Source: Leidyana gryllorum EB-2025a (taxonomy: Eukaryota; Protista; Apicomplexa). From it: a stretch of DNA of 64,000 nt. The stretch covers positions 124,001 through 188,000 of the forward strand of contig JBLWGC010000159.1 in assembly GCA_048772705.1 (NCBI GenBank), read 5' to 3'. Position 1 is the stretch's first letter; each line of letters begins with the position of its first letter. Positions 1-11,700 of this stretch are shown piece after piece. The position numbers and the translations under genes were made by a program. The notes beneath the pieces were generated by a model that saw nothing but the letters and a program-made list of their open reading frames with translations, was not told the DNA's origin and did not search any database.

Positions 1-375
1 GGCTCAAGCTCGAGCCCTGATTCCCTCCCACCAGTCAGACGGAGGTCTAGCTCAGCTGAACGAGTTCGGGAAGTAATGAAGAGTATTGGATTTCTGCAGA
101 AGACTGAGGAGAAGAGGCGAGTGCGTCCTAGTGGCAGTGGTCAGCAGGCGCCCACGGATCAGCGGAGCATAGCGCGAGCTATCGCAATCGAGCGGTTGCG
201 ACAGAAGTCGCTAAACTCTTCTTCACGCTCGTCGCCCGCGGCGACCGCGAACAGGCCAATGGACATAGACCACAGGATTGCCACCATACGAGAGCTCATT
301 CTGCAGGCTCGTCGCCCTTCAACCTCTGACGTAGATTAGAAAACTTTGGCCTTTTTTCGTCAGGGGTGCTGTTCC

Positions 376-3300
376 ATGAGGGTACGGCATCTACAGACGT
401 ACCTGCAGAGCCAACGTCTCTTATGTACGGGTCGCACTGAGTCGTTGCGAGGGTTGGCGCTGGGTCTGGACGCAGCGTCATGGACACGAGGTCTCTTGGA
501 GCTGAAAGACCCCTTTGCGGAGTTAATGGGGGGACTCCCATTGTGTGTCGATGCAGCTATTGACCGTCAACTTACCCGATTCGCTGAGCATGAGATCTTC
601 CCCTACTTCTTCTTCCAGGGTGTGTCGCCGAACGGGCATTCGCTCTTTACCAAAATCGACTCCCGGGCCATTTCGGAAGCATGGACTCTATTGCTGGACA
701 AGAACACATCTCAAGCTCACGCAAAGTTGGGGAGAATCGCTTCACGGTTGACTGCCGAGCTTGTCTGCTACCTCGCACGCTACCTTCGCGCTCGAGCCTT
801 CGTGGCTGAGCCCGCTGGTCGATGCGAGCGGGCCCCGCGCCCAGTGAAGGTTCAACGTCGCCTGGCAGTCTTCCAATGCCCTTATCTCTGTTCCTCTCAG
901 ATAGCTCACTTTGTACGCAACCACATCCTGGATGCGGTGTACGGCATCACTTCGTTCCTCCTTGTCGGGCTGCCTCGCGTCATCACAAACATTGACTTCG
1001 AGAAGGGCAAGTTTGACTGGGTGGAGAAAGATCAATTGTTGAGGGCTTGGGAGGTCACTGAACAACAGCTCGCGGACGCCTGCATTTTGGCGGGTACGGA
1101 GTATTGCCACACGCTTCCACACGTCAACATTCTCTCGCCCAAGTCTTTCTCCTTCGAAACCGCTCTCAGTCTCGCCAAGTCGGGCTCCCTCAATCAATAT
1201 CTCCAAGTGAGTAGTGCTGCAGCCCTTCCTCCCATTCTATCCCCATCAGTTCTTCCCACACGAGCCCGTTCGTCAAGAGTTCCGGCACCTTTACTCTCTC
1301 AGCCGAGCCGTACTGTACGTTTTGATCGCGATGCAAGGAAACGGTACCGTGGCTGCTCTGCCGCCGGGACCACCAGCCCCGGCTGAGGGACTGCCCCACC
1401 AGTCTTTAACGGGTGAACACGACCCCAACAAGGAGACCGCTGCAGGAGAAGCAATGCGTCGTCTCGAGACGAAATGTGCGAATACCGTCACTCTCTCCCC
1501 CGTTCCCCACGATTTGCGAGTAGTTAAAGGTTGGAGACTGCCTAACGCGGTCTTCCTTCTCATGCTGGAGGGTATTCTGTCACCAGACCTCGTGAAAGCG
1601 CTTGCGTATGGTGTCTGGCGGGACTTTGATTCCCCCATTGTCCTCCCAGAACAGTATGAGACCTTACTGGTGGTGAGTGATATTACCAGACGCCTCCTTC
1701 TCCCATCACCCCTCAGCAATGCCGTCATTATCGGCTGCTGGCGCTGGCACTCATAGCGCGACACCTACACCCGTCCTTCATCAAGCGACGAATCGTAAGT
1801 TCGAGCGCTGAGCCTACCAGCGCTTCATTCCTCCAACAACTCAGACCTTCGAGTATGTCGGCCGCAAATGTGAGGATCCTCTCATACTGTTGTCCAATTC
1901 CAACAATAATACCGAATGTCAATATGCCCCGGATATTCGACCAAGTAAGCCAGCCATCGCATCTTGGCCCGCCTTCACACATCTACTCCGCAGTTCTTCC
2001 ATGGAGTTTCGATATCAGAGAGACAGAGCATCAGCTTCAGGGACGGAATCTCGATGTAAGACGACCCCCCCCTTCACAAACTAACTCAACCACCGTTGCC
2101 CCCACAGATCCCAACAATGTTATTCTGCCTGGATTGGCATTTATTGAGCATGCGCAAGCATTATCCTGATGACTACTCCGCTCTTCCACTCGATAGTCCG
2201 ACCGGAACCAGCATACAACAGCCTATCCTGAGCGGTGAAAAGTTCCGAGTTGTTGACCTGACGGGCAGCGATGTGGCTCATTCTGAGAGATTGGCCCGCA
2301 AAGTGCTCGCACTTCGCAACCGACGTCGACGCTTGGCACCCAGCCAAAACTACGGCATCACGTTGGTCATCATGACTTTCCTGGAAGCCTTAGGCTACTT
2401 TGACGCCACTTCTACCCCTCCCGGAGCTCCCACTGCGCTGGGCTATCTGCTCAGAACGCATTGCGCCCCCGAGTTTGAAGAGGAAATGGTAGTCGCTGTC
2501 GAGCTTCTCAAACTAGGCGTCCTCTCCGGAGCAGAGTTTACTTACGGGAAAGAAAAGTAAGGCTCGGCACACAAAGCCCCTTCCTTACCTCCGCCTGCAG
2601 TGAATACCCGCCCGCACTTGTGTCGCCTCCTCCCCCACCCTTCATGGAAGTTGCAACCCGGGCTCTGACAGTAGCGCGCAAAGGACACATGCGCGTGCCT
2701 GTCGGGGCTCTCGAGTTGCAACGAGTACAACAGTCAGTGCGGTTGATCTCAAGAGCCTTGTCACTGACCCCGGTCGTCCTCAAACCTGAGGTCACCGCTT
2801 GTCCAGGCCACTTCCTGGACTTTGACGTTGCAGCATTCCAAGCCCTCGTCAAACAGGTCAGACGCTCATTGAACTACCTTATCGAAGGTTGTATGGCTAA
2901 CCTCGCCCTGGAGGTGAGTAACAACATACCTGTCACGCTCGAAATCACAACCGATCTCCGACAGAAACATATATACGGCCGACTCTTCACTGCCGAGATT
3001 TTTGATCCTCGGAGCCCGAAGATGTTGTGGTTCAGACCTGTACTGGGCGTAGGCGGAGTCATCATCAAGCAGATATTGGTAGGCTCCCTGCACAAGTATA
3101 CCACCTCAAACCTCTTTTTACAGATGAACACGGGACGACATGGTGAAGATGCTGCTACATGGAGCGCAATGTTACCGGAGAGGTTCCCGGAGGTCGCCGA
3201 TTTCTGGGGGAGTGTATTGAAATTGTGCGAGTTCTGGGCGCAACTGTCCAAAATTGTGAAAGCATGGGGAATTGAAGGCACAGATGAAATCTCAGGTGAG

Positions 3301-3588
3301 TCAGCCGTCGATCAACGTGTTATTTCACATGACCCCATAGCCGCCTTCGCCAGAGCCGATGTGCTGTTGTGCTTGCAAATGTGGGATCTGCTGCCGCATT
3401 TAAACCCCGGAAAGCTTCCACAACAGTACCCCGCATTTTGCGAGCTAGTGGAGAAGACATTGGGCACCGAACTGAGTACCAACATCTCCAACAAGCGGGG
3501 AAGGCATAGTGTGACTATGAACAGTAACCCCGCAGCCCTCGTGAGCGACCCCCTTCAATCGTCGGGCAACTCTCTTGCTGTGGTGTGA
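376..3588 (+). CDS. MKT1: MKT1-like PIN/XPG-fold protein, multi-exon
   Basis: N-terminus MRVRHLQTYL...LGLDAASW...DPFAELMGGLP and FFFQG resemble the Mkt1 N-terminal PIN-like domain; DACILAGTEYC H3TH-like motif; frames change across short GT-AG introns. Confidence 0.7.
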
Positions 3589-3646
3589 ATACATAGATCA
3601 GCACACACGTCTATTGTCTCTCATTGTTTGAGTGCACATAAAACAG

Positions 3647-4357
3647 TCACTGTCCATCAGGAGGGCCTGAAGAAGGCAAATTCTCGGGATTAAGGTCACG
3701 TCGAAAAATCTTCTCGTAGAAGGCTTGCATTTCGTGCGAGTTATCTGGAGCGGGTGTGGTCGTCAACTGCCTACGCATCGGATTGACGTAGCGCTGTGGC
3801 CGTGGTCGAAGTTCCATGCGACCGTCGGTGCCGTAGAGGATGCCACCTTCCTCATACCCAAGAGCATCATCGATGAAGGTTCTGCCCTGCAGTGTGTCTA
3901 GTATTTCGCCCATGTGTTCTCCCGGTACATCCTTGGCGTGCGCGTATGCGTTTCGTACCGCTGCTGTGAATTGAACTAATCTTCTGAGAGCATCGTCCGT
4001 GTATTTATCCCGTTGTCCCTCTGTCAGACGCATTCCATGTTCCAATTCTGCCCAAATTCGGTGAATAGCATGAGTGATGGCTTTGGAGGCCTCTTCTTTC
4101 GCTGATGTCGTCTGCCGAGGTATGGCTTTCGCTATCGGCGTTTTCGTCTTGGTCGGAGGTGGGGGACGACTGGAGATCCGCGTTCCAACTTTTTGTCCTT
4201 TGGTAGGTTGAGCAAAGACGACTGGGCTACTACGCATAGAGTACGGCGCCTTTGCCAAGTGGCCGGTCGTCACCGCTTTGTCGCTGTGAGGATAGTACCA
4301 GGTCTGAGCCTGCCCGAGCACCGACCCAACAACTAGTACTAAACATCCAATCCGCAT
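3647..4357 (-). CDS. Hypothetical secreted protein
   Basis: Single ORF; ATG at 4357 gives a signal-peptide-like MRIGCLVLVVGSVLG-QA. Confidence 0.55.
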   Translation of the reverse strand: MRIGCLVLVVGSVLGQAQTWYYPHSDKAVTTGHLAKAPYSMRSSPVVFAQPTKGQKVGTRISSRPPPPTKTKTPIAKAIPRQTTSAKEEASKAITHAIHRIWAELEHGMRLTEGQRDKYTDDALRRLVQFTAAVRNAYAHAKDVPGEHMGEILDTLQGRTFIDDALGYEEGGILYGTDGRMELRPRPQRYVNPMRRQLTTTPAPDNSHEMQAFYEKIFRRDLNPENLPSSGPPDGQ

Positions 4358-4564
4358 ATGAAATGCACACACGTGTGTTATGGAGACATTGCTGACTAAC
4401 GCAGATCTAAGTCTAGCGCTGACGTTTATGTAGCAGAGGTTGGGAGGTGTGTGGTCTGCGCTGCATGTTGGGCACTTATACGACACAAGTCGAAAGTAGC
4501 ACGTGTCACACCTTATCACGCAGCTATTTGATCAAGCTTCGCAGAAAGCAGTAGAGTACGAAGA

Positions 4565-7288
4565 ATGACCCAGACATCTGGTGGGTACCAGGAAGGAGCC
4601 GTGACACCTAATTGTCCAGGCGGGACTCGACAAGAGTGTCAAAGAGGCAATTGGCCTGGCAGCATGGCTCGCTTACAACAGTGTGGTCTTGGAGGGATTG
4701 AGAATGCTGTTAAACTAATGGAACGCACGCCTACAGAGGGAGATGGAGCTCCACAAGATCGTCTGAGAAATACTGAAGGCCGCAAAGCAGCCTCAGCGCG
4801 AGGGTTTTTGCCGGAAAGTCCAAGCAATTCTCGCAAGTCCAGCAGTCGTCAGCCAACTCCCGAGGAACTTTGCTCGCCCGCTATCACGAAACTGCAGGAG
4901 CAGTGCAGCGCGGGGCCGTCGAACAGCAGCAGTGCCCGATGCGGAGGCAGCGGCCCGCTTGGTGGAATTCCCCGTGGTGTGCAAGTGGGCTCCGGCCAGT
5001 CATCAAGCCAGCACGAAAGCGGAAGCCGCTCGTCCTCCACCCCCGGAGCTGCGGGCGTGAAACAAGGCGTGGAGGGAAAGACGGACGATGCGTCTTATCC
5101 CGAAAAGCGAGTTAAAAAGCGCTCGTTGCAGCCAAAAGAAACCACGAAGAGCGGCCGAGGAGCTGACGTTGCTCGTCAGGTGGCTGCTAGGTCAGCAGCA
5201 CAGCCCATGCCTCCGAAAGTGAGGGTTGCCCGAGATCTGGATTATACCATCAGCAGACGTCCGTTGACGGTAGATCACCAGCATTACTACGTGGTCACTT
5301 ACGAGACCAAAGGACCGACCGTCTTGACGCACAAATTCAGCGACAATCCCCCTCCTGGATTGGACTACTTGATCGAGTCGATTGCTCTGGAACCCTGGAA
5401 GAAATGCGCGAACCCCGATCAAGCGGGCGATCAAGAGGAACCAGCATGCCCTTACCTGAGGCAGCCGTGTCCGCTGGACGAGATTTTGCAGGCTAGAGCT
5501 GCTGAAGCGACGCGTGACACAAGTGCTGAGAAGGCACCAAGCGCTGAAGCATCGCGATCGAATGGGAAGATGACAATTCCCAGTTCACTTGAGGGTACAC
5601 CATGCAGCCAGTGTCCAGAGTTACGAGCTTGTGGAGCCTCCGAGAGCTCCTCCTCTGTGGACAAAGTAGTCAGGATGAGCCCTTCTTCTTCAAGTGTATC
5701 CGCTGCCGGTGGGGAGGGCGATCAATCGTCCGGGTCGGGGCTGGTGGAACCTCCCCCGTCAGAGAATGGTCCGTCTAGCAGCTGCACGGAAAGCGAGCGA
5801 ACATCACAAATTTCGCATGTTAGAGAGCCAGCCGCGTCCAGTGAGGGGCCCAATATCACGAGTGTTTCGGATTGGTCAGACATCACCGCGTCCGACAATG
5901 TCCAGAATAATGAGGGACCACAGTGCAGAATTGTGAAGAAGCCGGTGGTCATAAAACTGCGTCGCAGTAAGGAGGGAGGAGAGACGAAGGGCAAATCCTT
6001 CAAGGTAGAGAAAGCTCAACAAGTGGATCTCGAGACCGAGGACCACGATGATACCGACTCCAAACGAGAAAGGGATTCGTACAGGTTCTCGCCATCGGAG
6101 GTTGACGAGATACTGGGAATGATGGATCAAATGGAAACCTTTATGGGCAGCGTGGCGTCCCGTCTGATCTGCCGTCAGCGACCCTCCAGTCGTGTCTGTG
6201 CGTGTCAAGAGGAGAAGAAGTCTTCTGATGAGGGGAAGGCGCCAGTGTCGGCCAGCGAGACATCCGCGCAGACTGAAGTTGGGCGCAGCCGGTCTCCGGC
6301 GGCACAGTTGACTCCTCCACGGGAGTTGGTGGGACTGTCCGCAGGGGAATGCCCCAGACTTGATATTTGCTCTTCTTCAAGGTCGTCTTCAGAGGAGTCG
6401 CGAGAGGAAGTTTCTCAGTCGTCGTCGTCGTTAGAGGAGTCCCAAGATGAGTCTTCCCAGTTGTCGTCGAGCGACCAAACACCGCAAGGCGAAGAAAGTC
6501 AAACAGAGTCAGAAAGCTGTGAGAGTGTGGATGCGGTGCAGGAGGCTGAGAGTCAAAAAGGGTCACCCCCGACCAGAGAATCTCCCTCGTCAATGTCTCC
6601 TCTGAGCTCGCTGATGACGTCGAGTTCTTCACAGACAGGAGGGGTCTCGAAGATGGCATGTGACCTTTTGGAGAAGGCTCAAGCGGAGTCGGCGAAGGAG
6701 GGCAGTGTCAGTCCCGCCGGTGCGAGCTCCTCTTCTTCTGCAGCATCAGGTTGCGACGAGGAGGCGACGTCGTCGGAAGACGGTGGGGAGGGAGAAGAAC
6801 AGTCTTATATCCGTCAGAAGTTCGAGCAGTTGAAAGGTAATCTACCGGGTATCCTGACTGGCGGCGATTCGAGGGCAAATGAAGCCGATTGCACCGGTAA
6901 GGAGGACCAAAACGGCAATACAGCGGGAGGTGAACAGGGGACTGACGCTGAGAAGCTCCCCGGGTTCTTCCGGCGGTTCCTCAACAGTGGTACTGGCCAA
7001 GGTGAAGAAGTGTGGAAGGCGAGGGACATCCACGCGGAGACCAGAGATGGAGAAGAGGAGGAGGGAACCAGTGAGGACGACTCGGAAGAGGGGGCGGAAA
7101 GAGACACAGATTCAGAGGAGGAGGAGACTTCCTGCCCAGTCGTTGAGAACTCAGCCGAAGGAGTGAAGTGCTGTGGTACTGAATGGGGCGATTTAGGTCT
7201 CAACAGGGAAGAACTCGCAGAACTCGGTCGTTACTACGAATCGTGCGCGAGGCACTGTGACCATTTGCTTGCACAGAAGGACGAGTGA
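4565..7288 (+). CDS. Hypothetical Ser/Glu-rich low-complexity protein (907 aa)
   Basis: Uninterrupted 2.7 kb ORF from ATG; no recognisable domain. Confidence 0.6.
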   Translation: MTQTSGGYQEGAVTPNCPGGTRQECQRGNWPGSMARLQQCGLGGIENAVKLMERTPTEGDGAPQDRLRNTEGRKAASARGFLPESPSNSRKSSSRQPTPEELCSPAITKLQEQCSAGPSNSSSARCGGSGPLGGIPRGVQVGSGQSSSQHESGSRSSSTPGAAGVKQGVEGKTDDASYPEKRVKKRSLQPKETTKSGRGADVARQVAARSAAQPMPPKVRVARDLDYTISRRPLTVDHQHYYVVTYETKGPTVLTHKFSDNPPPGLDYLIESIALEPWKKCANPDQAGDQEEPACPYLRQPCPLDEILQARAAEATRDTSAEKAPSAEASRSNGKMTIPSSLEGTPCSQCPELRACGASESSSSVDKVVRMSPSSSSVSAAGGEGDQSSGSGLVEPPPSENGPSSSCTESERTSQISHVREPAASSEGPNITSVSDWSDITASDNVQNNEGPQCRIVKKPVVIKLRRSKEGGETKGKSFKVEKAQQVDLETEDHDDTDSKRERDSYRFSPSEVDEILGMMDQMETFMGSVASRLICRQRPSSRVCACQEEKKSSDEGKAPVSASETSAQTEVGRSRSPAAQLTPPRELVGLSAGECPRLDICSSSRSSSEESREEVSQSSSSLEESQDESSQLSSSDQTPQGEESQTESESCESVDAVQEAESQKGSPPTRESPSSMSPLSSLMTSSSSQTGGVSKMACDLLEKAQAESAKEGSVSPAGASSSSSAASGCDEEATSSEDGGEGEEQSYIRQKFEQLKGNLPGILTGGDSRANEADCTGKEDQNGNTAGGEQGTDAEKLPGFFRRFLNSGTGQGEEVWKARDIHAETRDGEEEEGTSEDDSEEGAERDTDSEEEETSCPVVENSAEGVKCCGTEWGDLGLNREELAELGRYYESCARHCDHLLAQKDE

Positions 7289-7444
7289 TGATACACCTTT
7301 TTGGTCGTCCAACAGCCCGAAACCGTAAGCCGCTCTTCGCCTCCATCTCAAGTGGGAGGGGAAGAGACATTGATTCACTTAGTTGTGCACAGCCATCGTG
7401 TGGCCGGAGCAGTAAAGGTAAAAGCCGAGCTCGCTTGGTGAGAG

Positions 7445-7526
7445 CGATTGTATATAGTGGTGATACAAACTTTGGGGGGACGTCTCGATCTAAACTCTAA
7501 ACTGGTCAGCCTTTTCGCAAATAGCC
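7445..7526 (-). pseudogene. Degenerate copy of the U6 snRNA 3' half plus downstream flank (direct repeat of 14564-14636)
   Basis: AGTGGTG identical (7456-7462 vs 14577-14583); 17/19 match (7472-7490 vs 14591-14609); 10/11 match (7503-7513 vs 14615-14625); blocks are collinear, with a 7-nt TCTAAAC duplication in this copy. Confidence 0.8.
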
Positions 7527-7683
7527 CCTTTTTCCCTCAATGGTTCTCAACGACTAAGTGACAACTGAACCTAACCGAACCGAATTAGACCCCCAACCAC
7601 CACCACCTCCGTTCTCCGCATCCTTCTCCCCCTCCTTGCCCTCTCCCTCTCCCTCTTTCCCCTTCCACACGAACGATTGAGTG

Positions 7684-8745
7684 ATGGTCGCGTCCAGCGC
7701 TGTGACCGCCCCACCGGCCAAGGTGAAGCCCACCACGGTCAAACGATCTGGAGCGGGCCGGAAGACGCGGGCGAACACTAACGACTCTACAACGGAAGTG
7801 GACCACGACTCGTTTGACATGAATGATAACACCCCGTCTGGGCTGCGGCCACCTGATGCGATCACAGAAGAAATGGTCACCATCAAAGAAGTGACGAGGA
7901 TCAATGACGAACTATCAATGATCAAAGCCGAGATGTCGACATTAAAGGAAATGTTACTCGGCCTACGAAACCTTCTCGAACCCATCATACAGAAACACGG
8001 AAGTCTGGAAGACAGTATCCGTGAGATCAAAGAAGATCTCGAAACCATCAAGAAGGGAAACGGGCGAGCCCCCGGCCACAGTGCCGGGGGCGCCGTAGCA
8101 GAGCTGCCAGAGAAGCTCGACTCCTCCAACGACGACGCAGAAGTCATCGAACCCCCCCAGCGTCCATCGCAGCGAGTCACGAAGAAAGGAGCTGTTGCGA
8201 TGAGACAACAGACATACCGAGAAGCCCTGAAGCGAAATCTGCCCCTCGTGGGACGACCGAAGATCGACACTGTGGAGCTGCCGGAAGTGGCGACCCCGGA
8301 GTGCCTGTCAACAGCCTCATCGGAGGAGAAGTCTCCGGTGTACGGAGAGATACCGCGGGAGCAGTGGACGAGAGTATCGCGGCCCCCGACAACATATCGA
8401 CCCGCGATAATCAGCGTGAAACACCCACCCCGACCCCAGAGGGTCCCCGCACGGAAATTGCGGGAGTACCTGATGGAACACGGGATCAAGAAAGAGTCAA
8501 TCTACAGTATCCTGCGGTTGCACGGCGACCGGCTGTGGATAGTGGTGGATCGCAACGAGATGGAGGCGGTAGTATCCGCCCTAAGATTGAAGACCCCTTA
8601 CCTGAGTTACCAGAGTCCCAGCCTCCCTGCGCTGAGCAGCGAGGACGAGAAAAGGCAACTGGTAGCGCACATACAGCGAGTCGTCAAGCGAGAACGACAT
8701 CTCGGCACAAAGACTCTCCTTCAAGGAATGGTAGCCAACTGCTGA
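7684..8745 (+). CDS. Retrotransposon ORF1 (coiled coil plus possible RRM-like C-terminal domain)
   Basis: Heptad-like segment INDELSMIKAEMSTLKEMLLGLRNLL...IREIKEDLETIK; lies directly upstream of the APE-RT ORF; no CCHC knuckle seen. Confidence 0.8.
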   Translation: MVASSAVTAPPAKVKPTTVKRSGAGRKTRANTNDSTTEVDHDSFDMNDNTPSGLRPPDAITEEMVTIKEVTRINDELSMIKAEMSTLKEMLLGLRNLLEPIIQKHGSLEDSIREIKEDLETIKKGNGRAPGHSAGGAVAELPEKLDSSNDDAEVIEPPQRPSQRVTKKGAVAMRQQTYREALKRNLPLVGRPKIDTVELPEVATPECLSTASSEEKSPVYGEIPREQWTRVSRPPTTYRPAIISVKHPPRPQRVPARKLREYLMEHGIKKESIYSILRLHGDRLWIVVDRNEMEAVVSALRLKTPYLSYQSPSLPALSSEDEKRQLVAHIQRVVKRERHLGTKTLLQGMVANC

Positions 8746-11700
8746 AGGGGAAGAAGATTCGATCGATTCGTCTCGGAACACTGAACTGCGCAGGATCATT
8801 GCAAAGCAAAATCCCTCAGCTGCGTATTTTGAGCGTTCAATACGAACTTGACATATTGGTATTGACTGAGACTCGAAAGACTCTCACTGCTGACGTGGAA
8901 GGATGGAGCGTGAGTTCCAAAGGAGGTCAACACTCGGGGGTCGGTATTATGGCCCCACCTCAATGGAAGGTGACGCATCATAACGAACGCATCTGTGTCG
9001 CTCGGAGGAGCCCCTTCACTGTGGTCGCTATGTATACTCCCTCAAACATTGAGGGAACTGCCGTAAAAGAAGCCGAGAGGCGCGAGACGTGGAGACTGGT
9101 GGATGACATTCTGGGCGATGTACTTGAGAACTCAGATGACGCGGTTATACTCGCTGGAGACGTCAATGTCGCCATCGAGAGGACTGTAAGATACCCCAAG
9201 TTACCGAATACCGCTGTTTTTGCGGACTTGGTGAAGAAGCACAAACTTTGTATGTTGGACTCTGGTCCCACCTGGGAACAGTATAACGGCTGTAGAAGGA
9301 CGCTCGATCGCATATGTATCAGACGGGCCTGGAACACAGGCCGTAGGGCCTTCTCAATTTGGCTCGAAGAGATCACCACAGACCACGCGATGCTCGTGGC
9401 CGACATTGCGACGTCCCAGCGACGTCAGAGATACGAAGCGAAAGGCGGCTCGGAAAGAGACGATGAGTGGGAGAAGCTGATGGAAGTAGTGCCACAAGTC
9501 TCCACTGCCCCAACGGTACAGAATCTGTTACTCGAAGCGGCTCAGAACACTGCGGCCGCCGTAACGGCATTCCAGATGTGGAGGGCGCGATCCCTCACCC
9601 GCCAAAGTATCGGTCAGCTGGTCGAAGGGTGCTACACCTCGGAGAGTACTGCCAACGCCATAGCCAACTATCTCCACAAACTCTGGGGAGGCAGTGGGGA
9701 GAAGTGCAAAAGTGGAGATCCACCCGCAGCTGGGGAGCCGAGCCTTATGGCGAGAGTGTCCCACGAGACGGGAGATCCACCTGCAGCTGGGGAGCCGAGC
9801 CTTATGGCGAAAGTGTCCCACGAGGACGTCCAATCCCTCATTAAGGGATTGAACCGCAAAGCGGCGCCCGGACCCGACCGAGTGACCCCAGAGCAATTAC
9901 TGACGGCAGACGAGTCGACAGCTTTACGGATTGCGGAACTGATGAATCTCTATTTGAGGAGTGCAGTCACTTTCCCGAGTTGGAGTAAATCCAAAACGAC
10001 ACTGCTGCCCAAAGAGGACCCCCCGTGTCCCACGACAAAGCTGCGACCCATCTCTGTTCCCTCTATCGGGAGCAAACTGGTAGCCGCCCTCACCGACCAA
10101 AGGGTACAGCCACTCGTTCAAAAGGCTTTGCATCCGAGCCAACACGGCTTCCGGAAAGGTCACTCCCCACTGAAAGCTGTGGAAGTGTTGATCGGCGAAA
10201 TGGGGCTGAGAAGTCGCGGCTGTGTAATCAGCACCGACTTTGCGAAGGCGTTTGACAGTGTCGAACACGAACCACTGCGGCAATTGGCCACAGAGATCGA
10301 CCCATATTTCGGGTGGATAGTCGGGAAGATGTACACTGACGCTAAGACCACAATAAAGTACGGACGCGACCGTCGAGAGATCAGACTGCGAAAGGGTGTC
10401 AGACAGGGAGATCCTCTGTCTCCCACTCTCTTCAACTTGGTTATGGCTCATATCTCAAAGAATCTGCCCTTCGATCGGTGCAAACCCATCTCGGTCGCAG
10501 ACGATATGTTACTGATTTGTGGTGACGCAGAAGACGCAAAAGCGTCTCTGGAAAGCCTCCGATCTTTGGGGTCCGCCCTGGGGATTAAGCTGCAGCCCGA
10601 AAAGTGCGCAGTAATGCCACTGGGAACAGCGAGTGAGGAGGAGTTCCGCTCACTGAACCTCAGCTGCAAATCGGAGCTCAAGTTTATGGGTATTGTTGTT
10701 GACCGAGAATTGACGTTCGATAGCGAACTGCAACGCAGAGACAAAGCGGCCGCAGAGGCGTTCGAGAAGTTCTTCAAAGATCTCAAAGCTTTCTGCAGTG
10801 TCTATGACGAACTCCCAGCGCTCCTTACGCTGCGACTTTACTGTTCCTACGTGGAGAGCGTCTGGCATTATGGCCATAAATCGATACGTCTCAGTGATGC
10901 CCAACAAGAAACGATTGTGCGACGAAAGATTCGCCAAGTAAGAGAGCTGTTCGGAAAGAGCCGCGTGGCTCTGATGACAGATCGGGAAGTGATCAATTGG
11001 ACAACAGCGACCCTAAAGGCAATAACGCCGATGGCCTATCCGCCGAGCATTTATGTGAAGGGAAGCAATGTCACCGCGACCATCGTTGCGGCCCGAAAGA
11101 GACGCACCTATCTGGCGAGACTCGAACGCGAGAAGAAACTGAGCGAGAAATCGTACCTCGGCGGCTTCCGCTACCAGCCGAAGCGCCTGCGCGGCGACGA
11201 AGGGGAGGATGGAGACGGGGGAGAGGTGATCGAGGAAGCGACGGAGCGGACTGAGAGAGTGTCGATATTCGCAGTGAGCTGTGGAATTGACACCGACGGC
11301 GACCAGGCGGCCAAACGGAGACGGCTCGAGCCGAGTCTGAGGGACTTGGAAACGGGACCGGGAACGTTGAGTCCGACAGCCGCAGAAGTGGTGAGTCCCG
11401 CAGAAGTGACTCAGCCCCCGAGACGACCGCCGCACAGAGAAGCCGTGCGTGCCATTGAACGAGAGATGGGCCCGCGTCCACCGATGATGGAAGCTCCCTC
11501 AGCTTTCGAGGGGCCCCCCGAACCCTCAAAGGGGTGTTGGATTCCCAACAGAGTGTGGCTGGAAATGGTTGCCAGAGGATTGGGGCGATATGACATTGAA
11601 GAAATCGTCCCGCAACTGCCCGTAGAAGTGGACGACGGCACGAAATACTCAAAACCGCACCTCCTACAGGACTCTCTGAGAGCGCAAGAAGGCCGATACC

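Noticed and set aside
346-3588. Apparent frameshifted pseudogenes here and in most split ORFs
   Set aside because: Frame changes coincide with short GT-AG introns.
7501-7600. U4 or U2 snRNA gene, suggested by U6-complementary sequence
   Set aside because: No U4 5' stem-loop/stem I, U2 branch-recognition sequence or Sm site follows; the similarity extends into the U6 downstream flank, so it is a U6-locus copy.
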